Shown here one piece after another: positions 1-12,404 of a stretch of DNA of 64,000 nucleotides; position 1 is the first letter of the stretch; every line of letters starts with the position of its first letter. Below the pieces are notes generated by a model. It was not told where the DNA came from. It saw only the letters and a list, made by a program, of their open reading frames with translations, and searched no databases. This DNA is from Octopus vulgaris (lineage: Eukaryota). The DNA lies in assembly GCA_951406725.2 (NCBI GenBank), contig OX597826.1:70556001-70620000 (forward strand). Reading direction: 5' to 3'. The translations under genes and the position numbers were made by a program.

Positions 1-99
1 GGAGGTCTCTAAAGGGTTTAAGTAAAAAATCCTGTCAGTTTTGTAACTTAGTCGAACTAGTATACTGCATGTTACCACTATTGTAACAGTGTTTTGCTT

Positions 100-143
100 G
101 TATTAATCTTTTAATTTTCCTGCTTTTTCTCTTATTTTTTCAG
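100..143 (+). promoter_or_regulatory. 3' splice acceptor (polypyrimidine tract + CAG)
   Basis: ttttcctgctttttctcttatttttttcag|GT, in frame with conserved upstream residues GGNV. Confidence 0.85.
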
Positions 144-2140
144 GTGGAAATGTTTTCTGTATGAGAATCTGGGGTCAACAAAGTGGACCTTACATTCAAG
201 CTATGCATTTTGCTTTCGGTATTGGTGCCTTTATTGCCCCACTGTTAGCTAAACCCTTTCTGGCTCCTGTCATATCAAGCAACATGACACCAATCTTAAC
301 CCACCCCCACCTGCACGTGCATATTCCAGGCATGGATGCCAAACAGCATCTGTTATATCTGCGGGATGTTCCACAACCACTTACCTGGAATCAGTCTACA
401 GGTGGCATCAGCACAACTACCAAATATTTCACTGATAGTAACAGTAGCGTATTGGCAGCGGACAACAGTTCCCGAACCCGGTACCCTCTGGCGCCAACCC
501 TCACGTCCACATCACCAAGACCGAAAAAACCAAACAGTGCTAATGGAAAATTCCTCAAGAAAAATTTTGCCGACGGCCAGAACATCAAAACTCATTTGAA
601 GCAATCGGAGAAGAATAAGAATGCAGCAGAGAATCAGCCAAATGTCGTAACGACATCGTCCACCACCTCTTTGAGTATGACTACAAACAGGTTGGCAGCA
701 TCTGCTAACGGTTCAACTGCAACCTCATCTCCTTCCCTGTCTGTAGACTCAGCTTCTGTCACCACTGCTAATATTAAAAATACTGGTACTACTACTACAA
801 CCACTACTCCTACTACTACAACAACAACAAGGAAAGCAACTGCTGCTGCTGCTACTACTCCTACCACTGCTACAACTACTACTACTACTTCTACAACTGC
901 TGCCACTGCAGAAAGTAAGGCAGTAGTGACAGCTTCAGTTGGGCCTACACCCTCCTCCATTCTACAGTTAAGGACCGTAACAAATTATGTGACGAAGCAG
1001 AAAATTAACCAGAGTACTTCTGCTGCTGCTAATACTACCACCAATAGTAACCATGTTAGTAGTAGTAGTAATAGTAACAATGGTGGGAATAACTCAGTAT
1101 TGACAGGTGGAAATTCTTATTTGCCCTCCAGTAATCAGTCATTGTCAACGGAAAATCCCGCATTGACCACATTCCACCCACAAAAGCCTGAGACATTTGA
1201 CAAGATGCTGAACAACGCCATCCATGCTGTGAAGGGCATGTCCCACATCCAGTTTGCTTACATGATTATCGGCGTTTTGCTCTTTCTTATTAGCATCTTC
1301 TTCATGTGTCTCTACTGCTACGACAAATCCTACCAGAGTCCAGTTGCTTATCGGTGCGACCGGAAACACAAGTCATGCTTCGAGGACCAGGGTTTCCGCA
1401 TCCAGATCCTCATTGCTCTCTTCATATTCTTCTTCATGTACGTCGGCATGGAAGTTACATTTGGCGGGTTTATAATGATTTTTGCTGTCGAACAGTTTCA
1501 CTGGAACAAAGACAATAGTGTGATGCTAACATCACTGTTCTGGGGAGCACTTGCTACTGGCCGGGGTATATCTATTTTTATTACCAGATGCTGTGTCCCT
1601 TGTTGGATGCTCGTTACAAACATCACACTAGTCCTTCTAGCCAGTTTAATCTTATCGTTTGGCCTGTCTCACTATCAGGTTCTCCTCTGGGTTGGTACTT
1701 TACTGTTTGGGCTTGGTCTCTCATCCTTGTTCCCAACAGGGATGTCATGGGCCGAAAGCTACATGACAATGACTGGAAAAGCGACAGCTGTCCTGATAGT
1801 CGGTTCAGCGTTGGGTGAGATGATACTACCAGCCATTACTGGTTTCTTCTTCACCAAAAAGAAGATGGTTTTGATGTACATAATGTTCAGCCTCAGCCTG
1901 CTTAGTTGTCTGTGTTTCATCATAATGCAGAATCTCGCTTCGAACCAGCATCGCAAGTCAATGAGGAGCGAGCTTTCGTCCTCGCTCGAGCAGCAGCAGC
2001 AGGTGTCACTGATGAACGGCTCACCTTCCAGCCTGTCCCACGGATGCAACGGCGACCTTACATGTCGCAAACACGTGACTTTCAAACTCGATCATGACAG
2101 GGTCAAATACGACCGGCTCCACTCTTCAGATGAGGAATAA
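144..2140 (+). CDS. MFSD4B: Terminal coding exon of an MFSD4/NaGLT1-like (sodium-dependent glucose transporter 1-like) MFS transporter, TM5 to C-terminus; 5' exons lie outside the window
   Basis: Polypyrimidine tract and CAG acceptor at 141-143; phase-1 reading (G)GNVFCMRIWGQQSGPYIQAMHFAFGIGAFIAPLLA matches the MFSD4 family motif. Later motifs FFFMYVGMEVTFGGF, LTSLFWGALATGRG, GLGLSSLFPTGMSW, IVGSALGEMILPAITG; about 8 hydrophobic segments; TAA at 2138-2140. The symbol denotes family likeness, not proven orthology. Confidence 0.88.
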
Positions 2141-2145
2141 GAAAC

Positions 2146-2185
2146 AATAAAAACAAAGGAATGAAAATAAAATAAAATAAAATAA
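2146..2185 (+). promoter_or_regulatory. Candidate polyadenylation signals (several AATAAA)
   Basis: AATAAA at 2146 and an (AAAAT)n run, followed by U-rich sequence. The true 3' end may lie further downstream. Confidence 0.3.
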
Positions 2186-2665
2186 AAATTGTGAGGTGGC
2201 AAAGGAGAAAAAAACACTTTTTTTTTTTTTTTTAAAAAAGAAAAAAAGAAAATTTATGTTTATATATTTATTTAGAAAATAATTATTTTTTAAATTCTAT
2301 ATTTTTTATTTATTATTTGATTATTATTATTTTCATTCTTTTCTGCTCCTCCACATCAAAGACCTCTACCCCTTGCCCCACCCCCCATCTCTAAACTACT
2401 TCAATCCTTGATCTTTCACTCATCCTTGCCACACTCCAGTTGTGTTTTTTTTTTCCTGCAATTTGCTAAACAAAAATAGTATTCCTTTTGTTTTGTTTTT
2501 TATAAATAGTTTTTTTTTTTATCTTTGTTTATTTTTGATTGTTACATAGCTATTTTTTTTTTGTTCTTTATTTTGGTTTGTATGTGAGTGTGAACGCTTT
2601 ACATTCCATTTCAGTATAATGTAATGTATGTATATATATACATAAACTTTGAGTACAGATATACA

Positions 2666-2702
<37 letters not shown>

Positions 2703-2868
2703 GATATATATGAGTAGTCATTGAATATCTTTGCTCATATACACCACACAGACAGTTGAATATGTATTTACACACATACCTACACACACATATTACATAC
2801 ATATGTAAGCAATTATAGAGACACACATTAGCATACATGTAGATTTGCACACTCACTCACACACAAAG

Positions 2869-2905
<37 letters not shown>

Positions 2906-2984
2906 AAGAAAAAGTAGGTAGCCAAAATTATGCAAAATTCTCATATATATTAAGAAAAAGTAGGCCAAAATTATCCAAAATTCA

Positions 2985-3029
<45 letters not shown>

Positions 3030-3671
3030 TAAGAAAATGTAGGCTAAAATTATCCAAAATTCACACACACACACACACACAAAGAAAATGTAGGCCAAAA
3101 TTCCCTCTGCCTTCTTTTTCTTAATATACAATATCTGTATACCACTTCAAACACTCTATACATTCATACATGCATGCATGCATACACACACACACACATA
3201 CACATACACACATGTACATACACACCATGTGTTTTTAGAAGTCTACCTAGGTTTCTCAATATATAAAGCATATTTAAACATTGCCTTACTTATGGAGACA
3301 CCCTGTATGTATGTATGTACGTGTATATATCTATCTGTATGTATTATACACACACATCCATATACAAATGCACGTAATTAAAAATCTTATTTATTAACAA
3401 TTGGATGAAATCATTGATGTTTAAATTAATTTTGATGCAACTTGCTTATTTATTAATGAAGAGAAACATTTTTTTTTTTTGTAAGAAAGTTTTCCATTTG
3501 TTAAATAAACAAGGGATTTATATTTTCCTTATTATTATTATAATTATTGTTATTGTTATTTCAAATTTCACTGAAGTCAACTTTGCTTTTCGTCCTCCCC
3601 GGGGGGTCAACAAAATGAAGTATCCATTAGGCACTTGGGTCAACTAAACTCCTCCCCCAAATTTCAGGGAC

Positions 3672-3985
3672 TCGTTCTTTTGTAAGCCCAGTACTTATTC
3701 TATCAGTCTCTTTTGCCGAACCGCTAAGTAACGGGGACATAAACACACTAGCATCGGTTGTCAAGCAATGCTAGAGGGACAGACACACAAACACACACAC
3801 ACGCATATATATACATATATACGATGAGCTTCTTTCAGTTTCCGTCTACCAAATCCACTGACAAGGCTTTGGTCGGCCCGAGGCTATAGTAGAAGACACT
3901 TGCCCAAGGTGTCACGCAGTGGGACTGAACCCGGAACCATGTGGTTGGTAAACAAGCTACTTACCACACAGCCACTCCTGCGCCT
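3672..3985 (-). mobile_element. tRNA-derived SINE family A (CORE-like), 3'-truncated
   Basis: Reverse complement of head AGGCGCAGGAGTGGCTGTGTGGTAAG...GGTTCAGTCCC and CCTTGGGCAAGT; matches the full copies at 7885 and 10340. Confidence 0.85.
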
Positions 3986-4427
3986 ATAAAAGGATAAAAA
4001 CCCCCCAAAAAAACCTGCATCCTTCTGCCACACCATGTTGAGCCAGTGTGAAAGAGTAAGCTCATGAAACCAGTTTGATGTCAAGCACAATTTCACAGCT
4101 TCCATGTCAGATTTGAAACTGAGTGTCTGGGAATATGAGGAACAGTTTTGTTATTTTAATGTCTACTAAATATATATTAGAAGCTGACATACATTTGGAG
4201 AATGGCTGTGTGGTAAGTAGCTTGCTTACCAACCACATGTATATGTATGTATATATTTATATATATATATATCATCATCATCGTTTAACGTCCGCTTTCC
4301 ATGCTAGCATGGGTTGGACGGTTCAACTGGGGTCTGGGAAGCCCGAAGGCTGCAACAGGCCAGTCAGATCTGACAGTGTTTCTACAGCTGGATGCCCTTC
4401 CTAACGCCAAAGATATATATATATATA

Positions 4428-4572
4428 ATGACGGGCTTCTTTCAGTTTCCGTCAACCAAAATCCACTGACAAGGCTTTGGTCAGTCCGAGGCTATAGTAG
4501 AAGACACTTTCCCAAGGTGCCACAGTGGGGCTGAACCCGGAACCATGTGGTTGGTAAGCAAGCTACTTATTA
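4428..4572 (-). mobile_element. SINE A fragment
   Basis: gacgggcttctttcagtttccgtc...gaaccatgtggttggtaagcaagctactta. Confidence 0.75.
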
Positions 4573-4673
4573 CAGGAAAACAGAAAAGAAAACATCAAGC
4601 CATACTCTTTTAGTTTCTTTCAGCCATTGTAGGACACAACTTTCAAAGATTTCTTTTATTTATTTATTTGTTT

Positions 4674-5699
4674 ACCGTAAATCCTCGATTATAGTCTGCC
4701 CTTGAGTATAATACGCAGGGGATTTTAGGGGTCTGTACCTCTGAAAAACCTAAACCTTGTGTATAATATGCAACCTTCTCTAACTTGAGTCAAGGAGGGC
4801 TATATAACGTCCTTGGTTTGTAAAATTGTATATGGTAACGTCCTTTATTATTATTGTATACTAGCAGTATCGCCCGGCGTTGCTCGGATTTGTAAGGGAA
4901 ATAACTATATAAGCATTTTTTAGAGAGTTACTTCCCTTATAGATGCCAATTCGGGCTTTCTTAGCCATTTCTGTTTTGGTGTCTTCAAGCCATGAAGTCG
5001 TTGTTCTAAAAGAACGCTGGTCTCCTTGACAACGCTTTACGACGTTGATTTCCTTACACTCCCTTCCCCACAGCTTCACGAGGGAGGGAAGAAGGGGGAG
5101 AAGCAAACACAGGTGCAGGTGTGACCATGGACGCCAATTCCGCCGCCATCGACACACGAAAAATTATGCATTAAAATGGAATAAAAAATGTTAAATTATT
5201 TTAAAAATCGTAGACTCATCGTAGACGCGCGCTAATACTCAGACGGGCTTGATATGAATCACGACTATAAGATACCCGAATTTGGTTAAACTGCACCGCA
5301 AAATGTGGGAGGAGTTAGGAATCTAAATCGAAGGGGACAGACACTCACACAACTAGAGTTTTATATATATAGATATAACAATGCAAACGTGTTGCTTTTT
5401 TTGTGCATTGTGTTTACAGAAAATAAAGAAATAACAGTAATAACGTTTAATAAATGTTGCTAACTGCATGTTTTGGATGATTCTTTTATGATTTCATTGC
5501 TTTCAGGCTTAGCTTAAGGTATTTTTGTGCCCGACATCACAAAATGCGTCTGAATAAACATTGCTGGACAGCAAATAGAGACTTGGACGTTGCTTAGAAA
5601 ATAATTTTTATTTTTAACCTCGTATATAGTACGCACGAGGGATTTTGACCTTTAAATTTTGGGGAAAAAAATGCGGATTATACTCGAGGATTTACGGTA
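4674..5699. mobile_element. Non-autonomous Tc1/mariner-superfamily (Tc2/pogo-type) MITE interrupted by a Helitron
   Basis: TIRs TA|CCGTAAA(A)TCCTCGA.TATA ... TATACTCGAGGATTTACGG|TA; an uninterrupted copy lies at 34703-35207. Confidence 0.85.
4861..5373 (-). mobile_element. Non-autonomous Helitron
   Basis: On the minus strand: 5'-TC(TATATA)...CCGAGCAACGCCGGGCG hairpin...CTAG-3', inserted between A and T with no TSD. Confidence 0.85.
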
Positions 5700-5839
5700 T
5701 TTTTTTTTTGTCGATTATTTATATTGAAAGCTGTAGAATCTGATATTAATTTTATTGGTATTTAATTGAAATGTCAAATTTACGTCATATTTTCATGAGT
5801 TGCCTCCCTTTAACGACTTTCGTTCGTAGCCTTTGAAGG

Positions 5840-6100
5840 AGCGATACTGAAAGAAGCTCATCATCTGAGGGTGCGCATGCGTGTTTGTCCCCCCCCCCGG
5901 CCATCACTTGACATCCGGTGTTGGTGTGTTTACATCCTCGTAACTTTGGGATTCGGCAAAAAAAAAAAAAGACCGATAGAATAAGCACCGGGCTTTACAA
6001 CGACAAGTACCGGGGCCGACTCGTTCGACTTAAAATTCTTCAAGATAGTGCCCCAGCATGACCACAATCTAAAGGCTTGAAACGAGTAAAAGATAAAAGC
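5840..6100 (+). mobile_element. Diverged SINE A (3' half)
   Basis: actgaaagaagc...ggtgtgtttac...gaccgatagaataag...gtgccccagcatg...gtaaaaga. Confidence 0.65.
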
Positions 6101-6194
6101 TAGCACCGCACTAGTCTGAAAAAGTTAAAATTATCTTATTGTTATGAAGCATGACAACGGATGTGAATGTACTATCAAAAGTCTTGCAAAAAGA

Positions 6195-6800
6195 CTATCC
6201 GAGGCTTTATATAGCTATGGTGCGGCCTCACCTGGAATTTGCATCACCGGTCTGGAACCCCCATCTTGCCTAGGATATTAATCATCTGGAAACCGTTCAG
6301 CGACGTGCAACCAAGAGAATACTCTCCATCAGGCATTTGCCATATTCTAAACGCCTTACTTCCCTGGGCATGGATACATTGGAAACTCCGACGTCTGGCA
6401 GCTGACTTGGCAAACACCCATAAAATTATTAACCATCTTACTAATAATAACTCTGAGCACCTTTTCAAACCCACCTCCGTGGACATGTTTACAAAGTCGG
6501 AAAACCAGCACAGCTCCCATGACTTTCGGAAACATTTTTTCACACTAAGAGTTGCTGAAGTATGGAACAAACTGCCGGCATCAGTTGTTAGTTGTCGGAG
6601 CACTGCATCCTTCAAAACTTCCATGCTTCCTGAGATTCGCCAACACTACACCTGATTTTCTCCCCTCCATACACACACAAGCATTTATCTGACTCATACA
6701 CTGTTCACTTCCCAGATATTTGTACATAACTGCATATATTTTATACGCACTTTTTGACAAGTTGTGGTGCACCTGAGCACTGTATACAATAATTTCATTA
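6195..6800 (+). mobile_element. CR1/L2-clade LINE 3' end (RT C-terminal domain and 3' UTR), pseudogenised
   Basis: LYIAMVRPHLEFASPVWNPH..*DINHLETVQRRATK...RLTSLG, frameshift, then LRRLAADL...RKHFFTLRVAEVWNKLP...FK. Confidence 0.85.
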
Positions 6801-6985
6801 TGCCTACTTAAAAAAAAATGTATATATATATATTGTATTTTATGCATGCATAGTAATCAGAGTAACCTTCATCATAGCATTAGGTGAATATTTTTCCATA
6901 AAAGGAAAATGTTGCTATCGATCTTTTTATTCAAGGTAGGCACTGCTTACCTTGCCTACCTAGGTGGCACGTTTCTGAAATACAT

Positions 6986-7095
6986 CTACCTGAGGGAGTG
7001 CTGAAAAATTCCTGGCTTTAAGAGTATCACAAAAAGCCCAACGTATCGTGTTCTTTCACAGGGCTTAGAAAAACTGAAGGACCAATTATAATAAT
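6986..7095 (+). mobile_element. Mariner-derived MITE fragment
   Basis: gagggagtgctgaaaaattcctggcttt...gggcttagaaaaactgaaggac, homologous to 11982-12200. Confidence 0.5.
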
Positions 7096-7884
7096 CCAGT
7101 CTCATTTGTTCTCTGGACCTCTGGGACTGCATTACCTTAAGGGCCCTTTTTTTCAAGACTGTGGAGTTTAACATGAGGGAGATTTCGCTCTATTTCTAGC
7201 ATGATAAACAGACCTGTGATTAAAGGCATTCCAGCTGTGATCATCTCATTTTTTTTATTGAGATGTACCTTATCTAAGACTATGTCATCCAATGGCCTTT
7301 TTTAAAAAATGTAGTAGGTTGCAATTTAAGAAAGATTTAGCTGCTATTTTTAGCATATCTTGTGACGACGTAGAGATCTTCTAACTTCTGTGAGGACAGT
7401 GTTGTCTCCCTTGGTGTTCAACTTGATAAAAACGTTCTCTCATTGCAAGCCAACATTTATTATTTATGTTGGTCTCTGGTAAAAGCAAGCAAACTTGCAT
7501 AATGTATGAACCAAATAAATAATACAAACATCAGATATTCGAGAGCTGAAAGACACGAATAAAATTTACATTCATGTTGGATCTTGCTCAACTTCTGCTC
7601 ACCACTTGAAGTATTTCAAATTTTCGTTAAACCTTTTTTTTTTTCAAATTTTCTACATTTACGTAACTTCCTAGAAAAATGAAATATAGAAAATGAATAC
7701 GATTTTCGTCTTCAATATGCGAAACTAGATTGGTTAAAAATAATCTAGTAAAAATTTGAAAGAATTCAAGTGGTGGGAAGAAATTTAGCAAGATGCTGCA
7801 TGTTTTGTAACGTTGCATGTATATTTTGTTAAAAAAAAATTAAGAACTTCTAGAACTTCAAAAATTAAGAAAAAATTAAGAAAT

Positions 7885-8296
7885 AGGCGTAGGAGTGGCT
7901 GTGTGGTAAGTAGCTTGCTTACCAACCACATGGTTCCGGGTTCAGTCCCACTGAGTGGCACCTTGGGCAAGTGTCTTTTACTATAGCCTCGGGCCAACCA
8001 AAGCCTTGTGAGTGGATTTGGTAGACGGAAACTGAAAGAAGCCCGTCGTATAAATGTATATATATATATATATATATATATGTTTGTGTGTCTGTGTTTG
8101 TCCCCCCACCAACATCGCTTGACAACCGATGCTGGTGTGTTTACGTCCCCGTAACTTAGCGGTTCGGCAAAAGAGACCGATAGAATAAATACTAGGCTTA
8201 CAAAGAATAAGTCCTGGGGTCGATTTGCTTGACTAAAGGCAGTGCTCCAGCATGGCCACAGCCAAAAGACTGAAACGTAAAAGAGTAAAAAGAGAG
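7885..8296 (+). mobile_element. SINE A, full length
   Basis: A-box-like TGGCTGTGTGG, B-box GGTTCAGTCCC, CORE-like CACCTTGGGCAAGT, internal (TA)/(TG) microsatellite, (GTAAAAGA)n tail. Confidence 0.9.
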
Positions 8297-8349
8297 TAAT
8301 TATCTTTTTTTCTTTTTTTTTTTGGTGCATTTAGTTGACAATATTTTTG

Positions 8350-8810
8350 AGCTGGCTTAATGGTTAGCACGCCAGGCAAAATAACTAAACGGTATTCGTC
8401 CGTTTAAGGCGGCGAGCTAGCAGAATCGTTAGCACGTCGGGCGAAATGCTTAGCGGTATTTCGTCTGCCGTTACGTTGTGAGTTCAAATTCCGCCGAGGT
8501 CGACTTTGCCTTTCATCCTTTCGGGGTCGATAAATTAAGTACCAGTTAAGCACTGGGGTCGATATAATCGACTTAATACCTATGTCTGTCCATGTTTGTC
8601 CCCTCTATGTTCAGCCCCTTGTGGGTAATAAAGAAATAGGTATTCGTCCGTTTTTACCTTCTTAGTTCAAATTCCGCCGTGGTCGACTTTGCCTTACATT
8701 CTTTCGGGGGGTCGATAAAATAAGTACCAGTTGAGCACTGGGGTCGAGGTAATCGACTTACCCCTTACCCGCGATTGCTGGCCTTGTGCCAAAATTTGTA
8801 AGCAATATTC
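8350..8810 (+). mobile_element. SINE family B cluster (head plus tandem bodies)
   Basis: AGGCGGCGAGCT..CAGAA.CGTTAGCAC head, B-box GAGTTCAAATTCC, GTCGACTTTGCCTTTCATCCTTTCGGGGTCGATAAA.TAAGTACCAG core, AAAGAAATA tail; second body from 8639. Confidence 0.85.
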
Positions 8811-8879
8811 TTGATGTGAATACATGTGTTAAAACAGATTTTTCAGTATCTCGGGAGGGTCATTAGGCCAATAATAAGT

Positions 8880-9079
8880 ACTCTTTTACTCTTTTACTTG
8901 TTTCAGTCATTTGGCTGTGGCCATGCTGGAGCACCGCTTTCTAGTCGAGCAAATCGACCCCAGGACTTATTCTTTGTAAGCCTAGTACTTATTCTATCGG
9001 TCTCTTTTGCCGAACCGCTAAGTTACAGGGATGTAAACATACCAGCATCGGTTGTCAAACGATGTTGGGGGGACAAACA

Positions 9080-9128
<49 letters not shown>

Positions 9129-9525
9129 TCGTTACCGCACCGAGGAAACATTGCTTGCAGCATTTCGTCGGCCGTTACGTTATGAGTTCAAATTCCGCCG
9201 AGGTCGACTTTGTCTTTCAACCTTTCAGGGTCGATAAATTAAGTACCAGTTACGCACTGGCGTCAATGTAATTGACTTAATCCCTTTGTCTGTCCTTGTT
9301 TGTCCTCTTTGTGTTTAGCCCCTTGTGGTCAATAAAGAAATAAGAATCGTTACCGCGCCGAGGAAAAATTGCTTGGTAGCATTTCTTCCGAATTTGCACC
9401 ACCACTTCCACCACCACTTCCACAACCACTTTCACTACCACCACTTCAACCACCACCGACCTTTCCACCACCACCTTTCCACCACCACCTTGGTTGTCAA
9501 ACGATATTGGGGGGACAAGCAGACA

Positions 9526-9594
<69 letters not shown>

Positions 9595-9672
9595 GGATAT
9601 ATATATATATATATATACGACGGGCTTCTTTCAGTTTCCGTCTACCAAATCCACTCACAAGGCTTTGATCGG
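8880..9672 (-). mobile_element. SINE A with a SINE B variant and (CCA)n nested in its internal microsatellite
   Basis: SINE A tail at 8880, body resumes at 9492; insert 9125-9490. Confidence 0.8.
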
Positions 9673-9977
9673 CCAATTAACTATTTAACCAATTAAATAA
9701 CCGATTATTTGATTACTTGTTTGCTTAATCTATCAATTAGTCCTTTCATCTTCATTAGCGACTTCATCAATGTCTTGACCTCTCTACACCAGGTTTCCTT
9801 CAGATTTGGCTGTATTTGAAGAATCCCTCGCATCTCGTAATATTTATACTTATATTCAGTCGTTCTTTTAAACTATTAAATTGTATTAAGTTTAATAACC
9901 ACGAAGTAGACATATTTAACCGATGTATTCAGAATCTCGACTGTTGATAATCTAAACCATGAATGGGCAACCTGCAT

Positions 9978-10200
9978 CTATCCTTGTTTGTCCCTTCTGT
10001 GTTTAGCCCCTTGTGGTTTTGTAAAGAAATAGGTATTTCATCTGTCTTTATGTTCTTCTGAGTTCAAATTCCGCCGAGGTCGACTTTGCCTTTCATCCTT
10101 TCGGAGTCGATAAATTAAGTACCAGTTGCGTACTGGGGTCGGTCTACTCGACTGGCCCCCCTCCTCCAAAATTTCGGGCCTTGTGCTCGGAGAAGAAAAG
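9978..10200 (+). mobile_element. SINE B bodies (headless)
   Basis: tail aaagaaata followed by ggtatttc...gagttcaaattccgccgaggtcgac. Confidence 0.75.
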
Positions 10201-10339
10201 ATTTTTTACACGGTAGAGTGGTTTCAGTGAAGAATTTAACAGCCGCAGTTACGATTTATTTAAGGGAAGTAACTCAGTGAGAATAACTCCCGATAGCTGA
10301 AATTGTAATTACGCGACATTAAAATATTTATATTACTCC

Positions 10340-10502
10340 AGGCGCAGGAGTGGCTGTGTGGTAAGTAGCTTGCTAACCAGCCACATGGTTCCGGGTTCAG
10401 TCCCACTGAGTGGCATCTTGGGCAAATGTCTTCTGCTATAACCCCGGGCCGACCAAAGCCTTGTGAGTGGATTTGGTAGACGGAAACTGAAAGAAGCCTG
10501 TC

Positions 10503-10558
<56 letters not shown>

Positions 10559-10785
10559 ATGTGTGTGTGTTTGTGTGTCTGTGTTTGTCGCCCCTAGTAT
10601 TGCTTGACAACCGATGCTGGTGTGTTTATGTCCCCGTTACTTAGCGGTTTGGCAAAAAGAGACCGATAAAATAAGTACTGGGCTTACAAAAGAATAAGTC
10701 CTAGGGTCAAGTTGCTCGATTAAAGGCGGTGCTCCAGCATGGCCGCAGTCAAATGACTGAAACAAGTAAAAGAGTAAAAAGAGAG
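10340..10785 (+). mobile_element. SINE A, full length
   Basis: Complete head, CORE-like segment, internal microsatellite and GTAAAAGA tail. Confidence 0.9.
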
Positions 10786-11054
10786 TATTGAGTTTAAGGT
10801 GGTGAGCTGGCAGAATCGTGATCGCGCCGGGCAAAGTGCTTAACCCCTGAAACGAAATTGCTGGCCTTGTGTCAAAGTTTGAAGCCAATAGTTTTAAATC
10901 AAAATAGCTTCTACAAACACATGTTTATATGATCAAAAACCCATCAAGGATTAAATCGGATTTTTTTTTCACCTGCTTAAATCTTTTAGAGTAGAATTTT
11001 CGCCCCCCCCCTCCAAGCTGCGGTTCTCTCAAGCGTGTACAGCTAATCGCCTAC

Positions 11055-11102
<48 letters not shown>

Positions 11103-11223
11103 GTATGTATGTATGTGTGTATGTATGTGTGTATGTGTGTATGTATGTATGTATGTATGTATGTATGTATGTGTGTGTGTATGTATGTGTGTGTATGTAT
11201 GTATGTATGTATGTATGTATGTA

Positions 11224-11256
<33 letters not shown>

Positions 11257-11965
11257 ATGTATGTTTGTTTGTGTGTGTGTGTGTGTTTATGTATGTATGC
11301 ATGTATATGTGTGAGTGTATGCATGCATATATGTATGTATGTATGTATGTGTGTGTGTATGTATGTATGTATGTGTGTATGTATGTATGTATGTATGCAT
11401 GCATGCATGCATGCATGCATGCATGTATGTATGTATGTATGTATGTATGTATGTATGTATGTATGTATGTATGCATGCATGTATGAATGTATGTATGTAT
11501 GTATGTATGTATGTGTGTGTGTATGTATGTATGTATGTGTGTATGTATGTATGTATGTATGCATGCATGCATGCATGCATGCATGTATGTATGTATGTAT
11601 GTATGTATGTATGTATGTATGTATGCATGCATGTATGAATGTATGTATGTATGTATGTATGTATGTATGAATGTATGTATGAATGTATGTATGCATGTAT
11701 GAATGTATGTATGTATGTATGTGTGTATGTATGTATGTATGTATGTATGTATGCATGCATGTATGCATGCATGCATGCATGTATGTATGCATGTATGAAT
11801 GCATGTATGTATGCATGTATGAATGCATGTATGTATGTATGTATGTATGTATGTATGTATGTATGTATGTATGTATGTATGTATGTATGTATGCATGCAT
11901 GCATGTATGTATGCATGCATGTATGTATGCATGTATGAATGTATGTATGTATGTATGTATGCATA
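11055..11965. repeat. Compound (TATG)n/(TG)n/(TGCA)n microsatellite
   Basis: About 900 bp of direct simple repeats. Confidence 0.97.
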
Positions 11966-11981
11966 CTCACACACACAGATA

Positions 11982-12200
11982 TACGAGGGGTGCTAAAAAA
12001 TTCCTGGCTTTGAAGCTGTCGCGAAAGGTCTGGTTGGAGGCCCAACCTTCGGAGTTCTTTTATACAGGGCTTAGAAAATCAGAAGGACTGCTGCATGCAA
12101 TAAGTGTGTGAATCTGAGAGGAGGGGAAGATATTGAATAAAATCATAATTAACTGATCATCCTGTATTTTCTTTTACCCAATGCCAGGAACTTTTCAGTA
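11982..12200 (+). mobile_element. Mariner-derived MITE
   Basis: TA|CGAGGGGTGCTAAAAAATTCCTGGC left end, gccaggaacttttcagta inverted right end, decayed transposase C-terminus (FFYTGLRK..). Confidence 0.6.
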
Positions 12201-12404
12201 TGGTTGGTGAATCAAAGACAACAATTCCTTTTTTTTTTTTTGTTAAATTTATTTTGCAGGTTCTTAATCTCTGCTGGAAATCATGTTTTTAAAAGAACAA
12301 ATGCAACAGCTGGTGAGATGAAGTAAAGACATCGAATCTAAAACGAAGTGCCAAGTATTGTGTATCACATAATCCTTTTTTACTATAGGCATAAAGCCTG
12401 AAAT

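Noticed and set aside
161-163. ATG given as the start of the 659-aa ORF
   Set aside because: It is an internal Met; homology continues to the splice acceptor at 143 and TM1-4 are missing
11043-12111. Long ORFs (HTYI/MYVC repeats), and similar ORFs at 13.2-14, 19-20, 37 and 50-51.5 kb
   Set aside because: Translations of stop-free microsatellites
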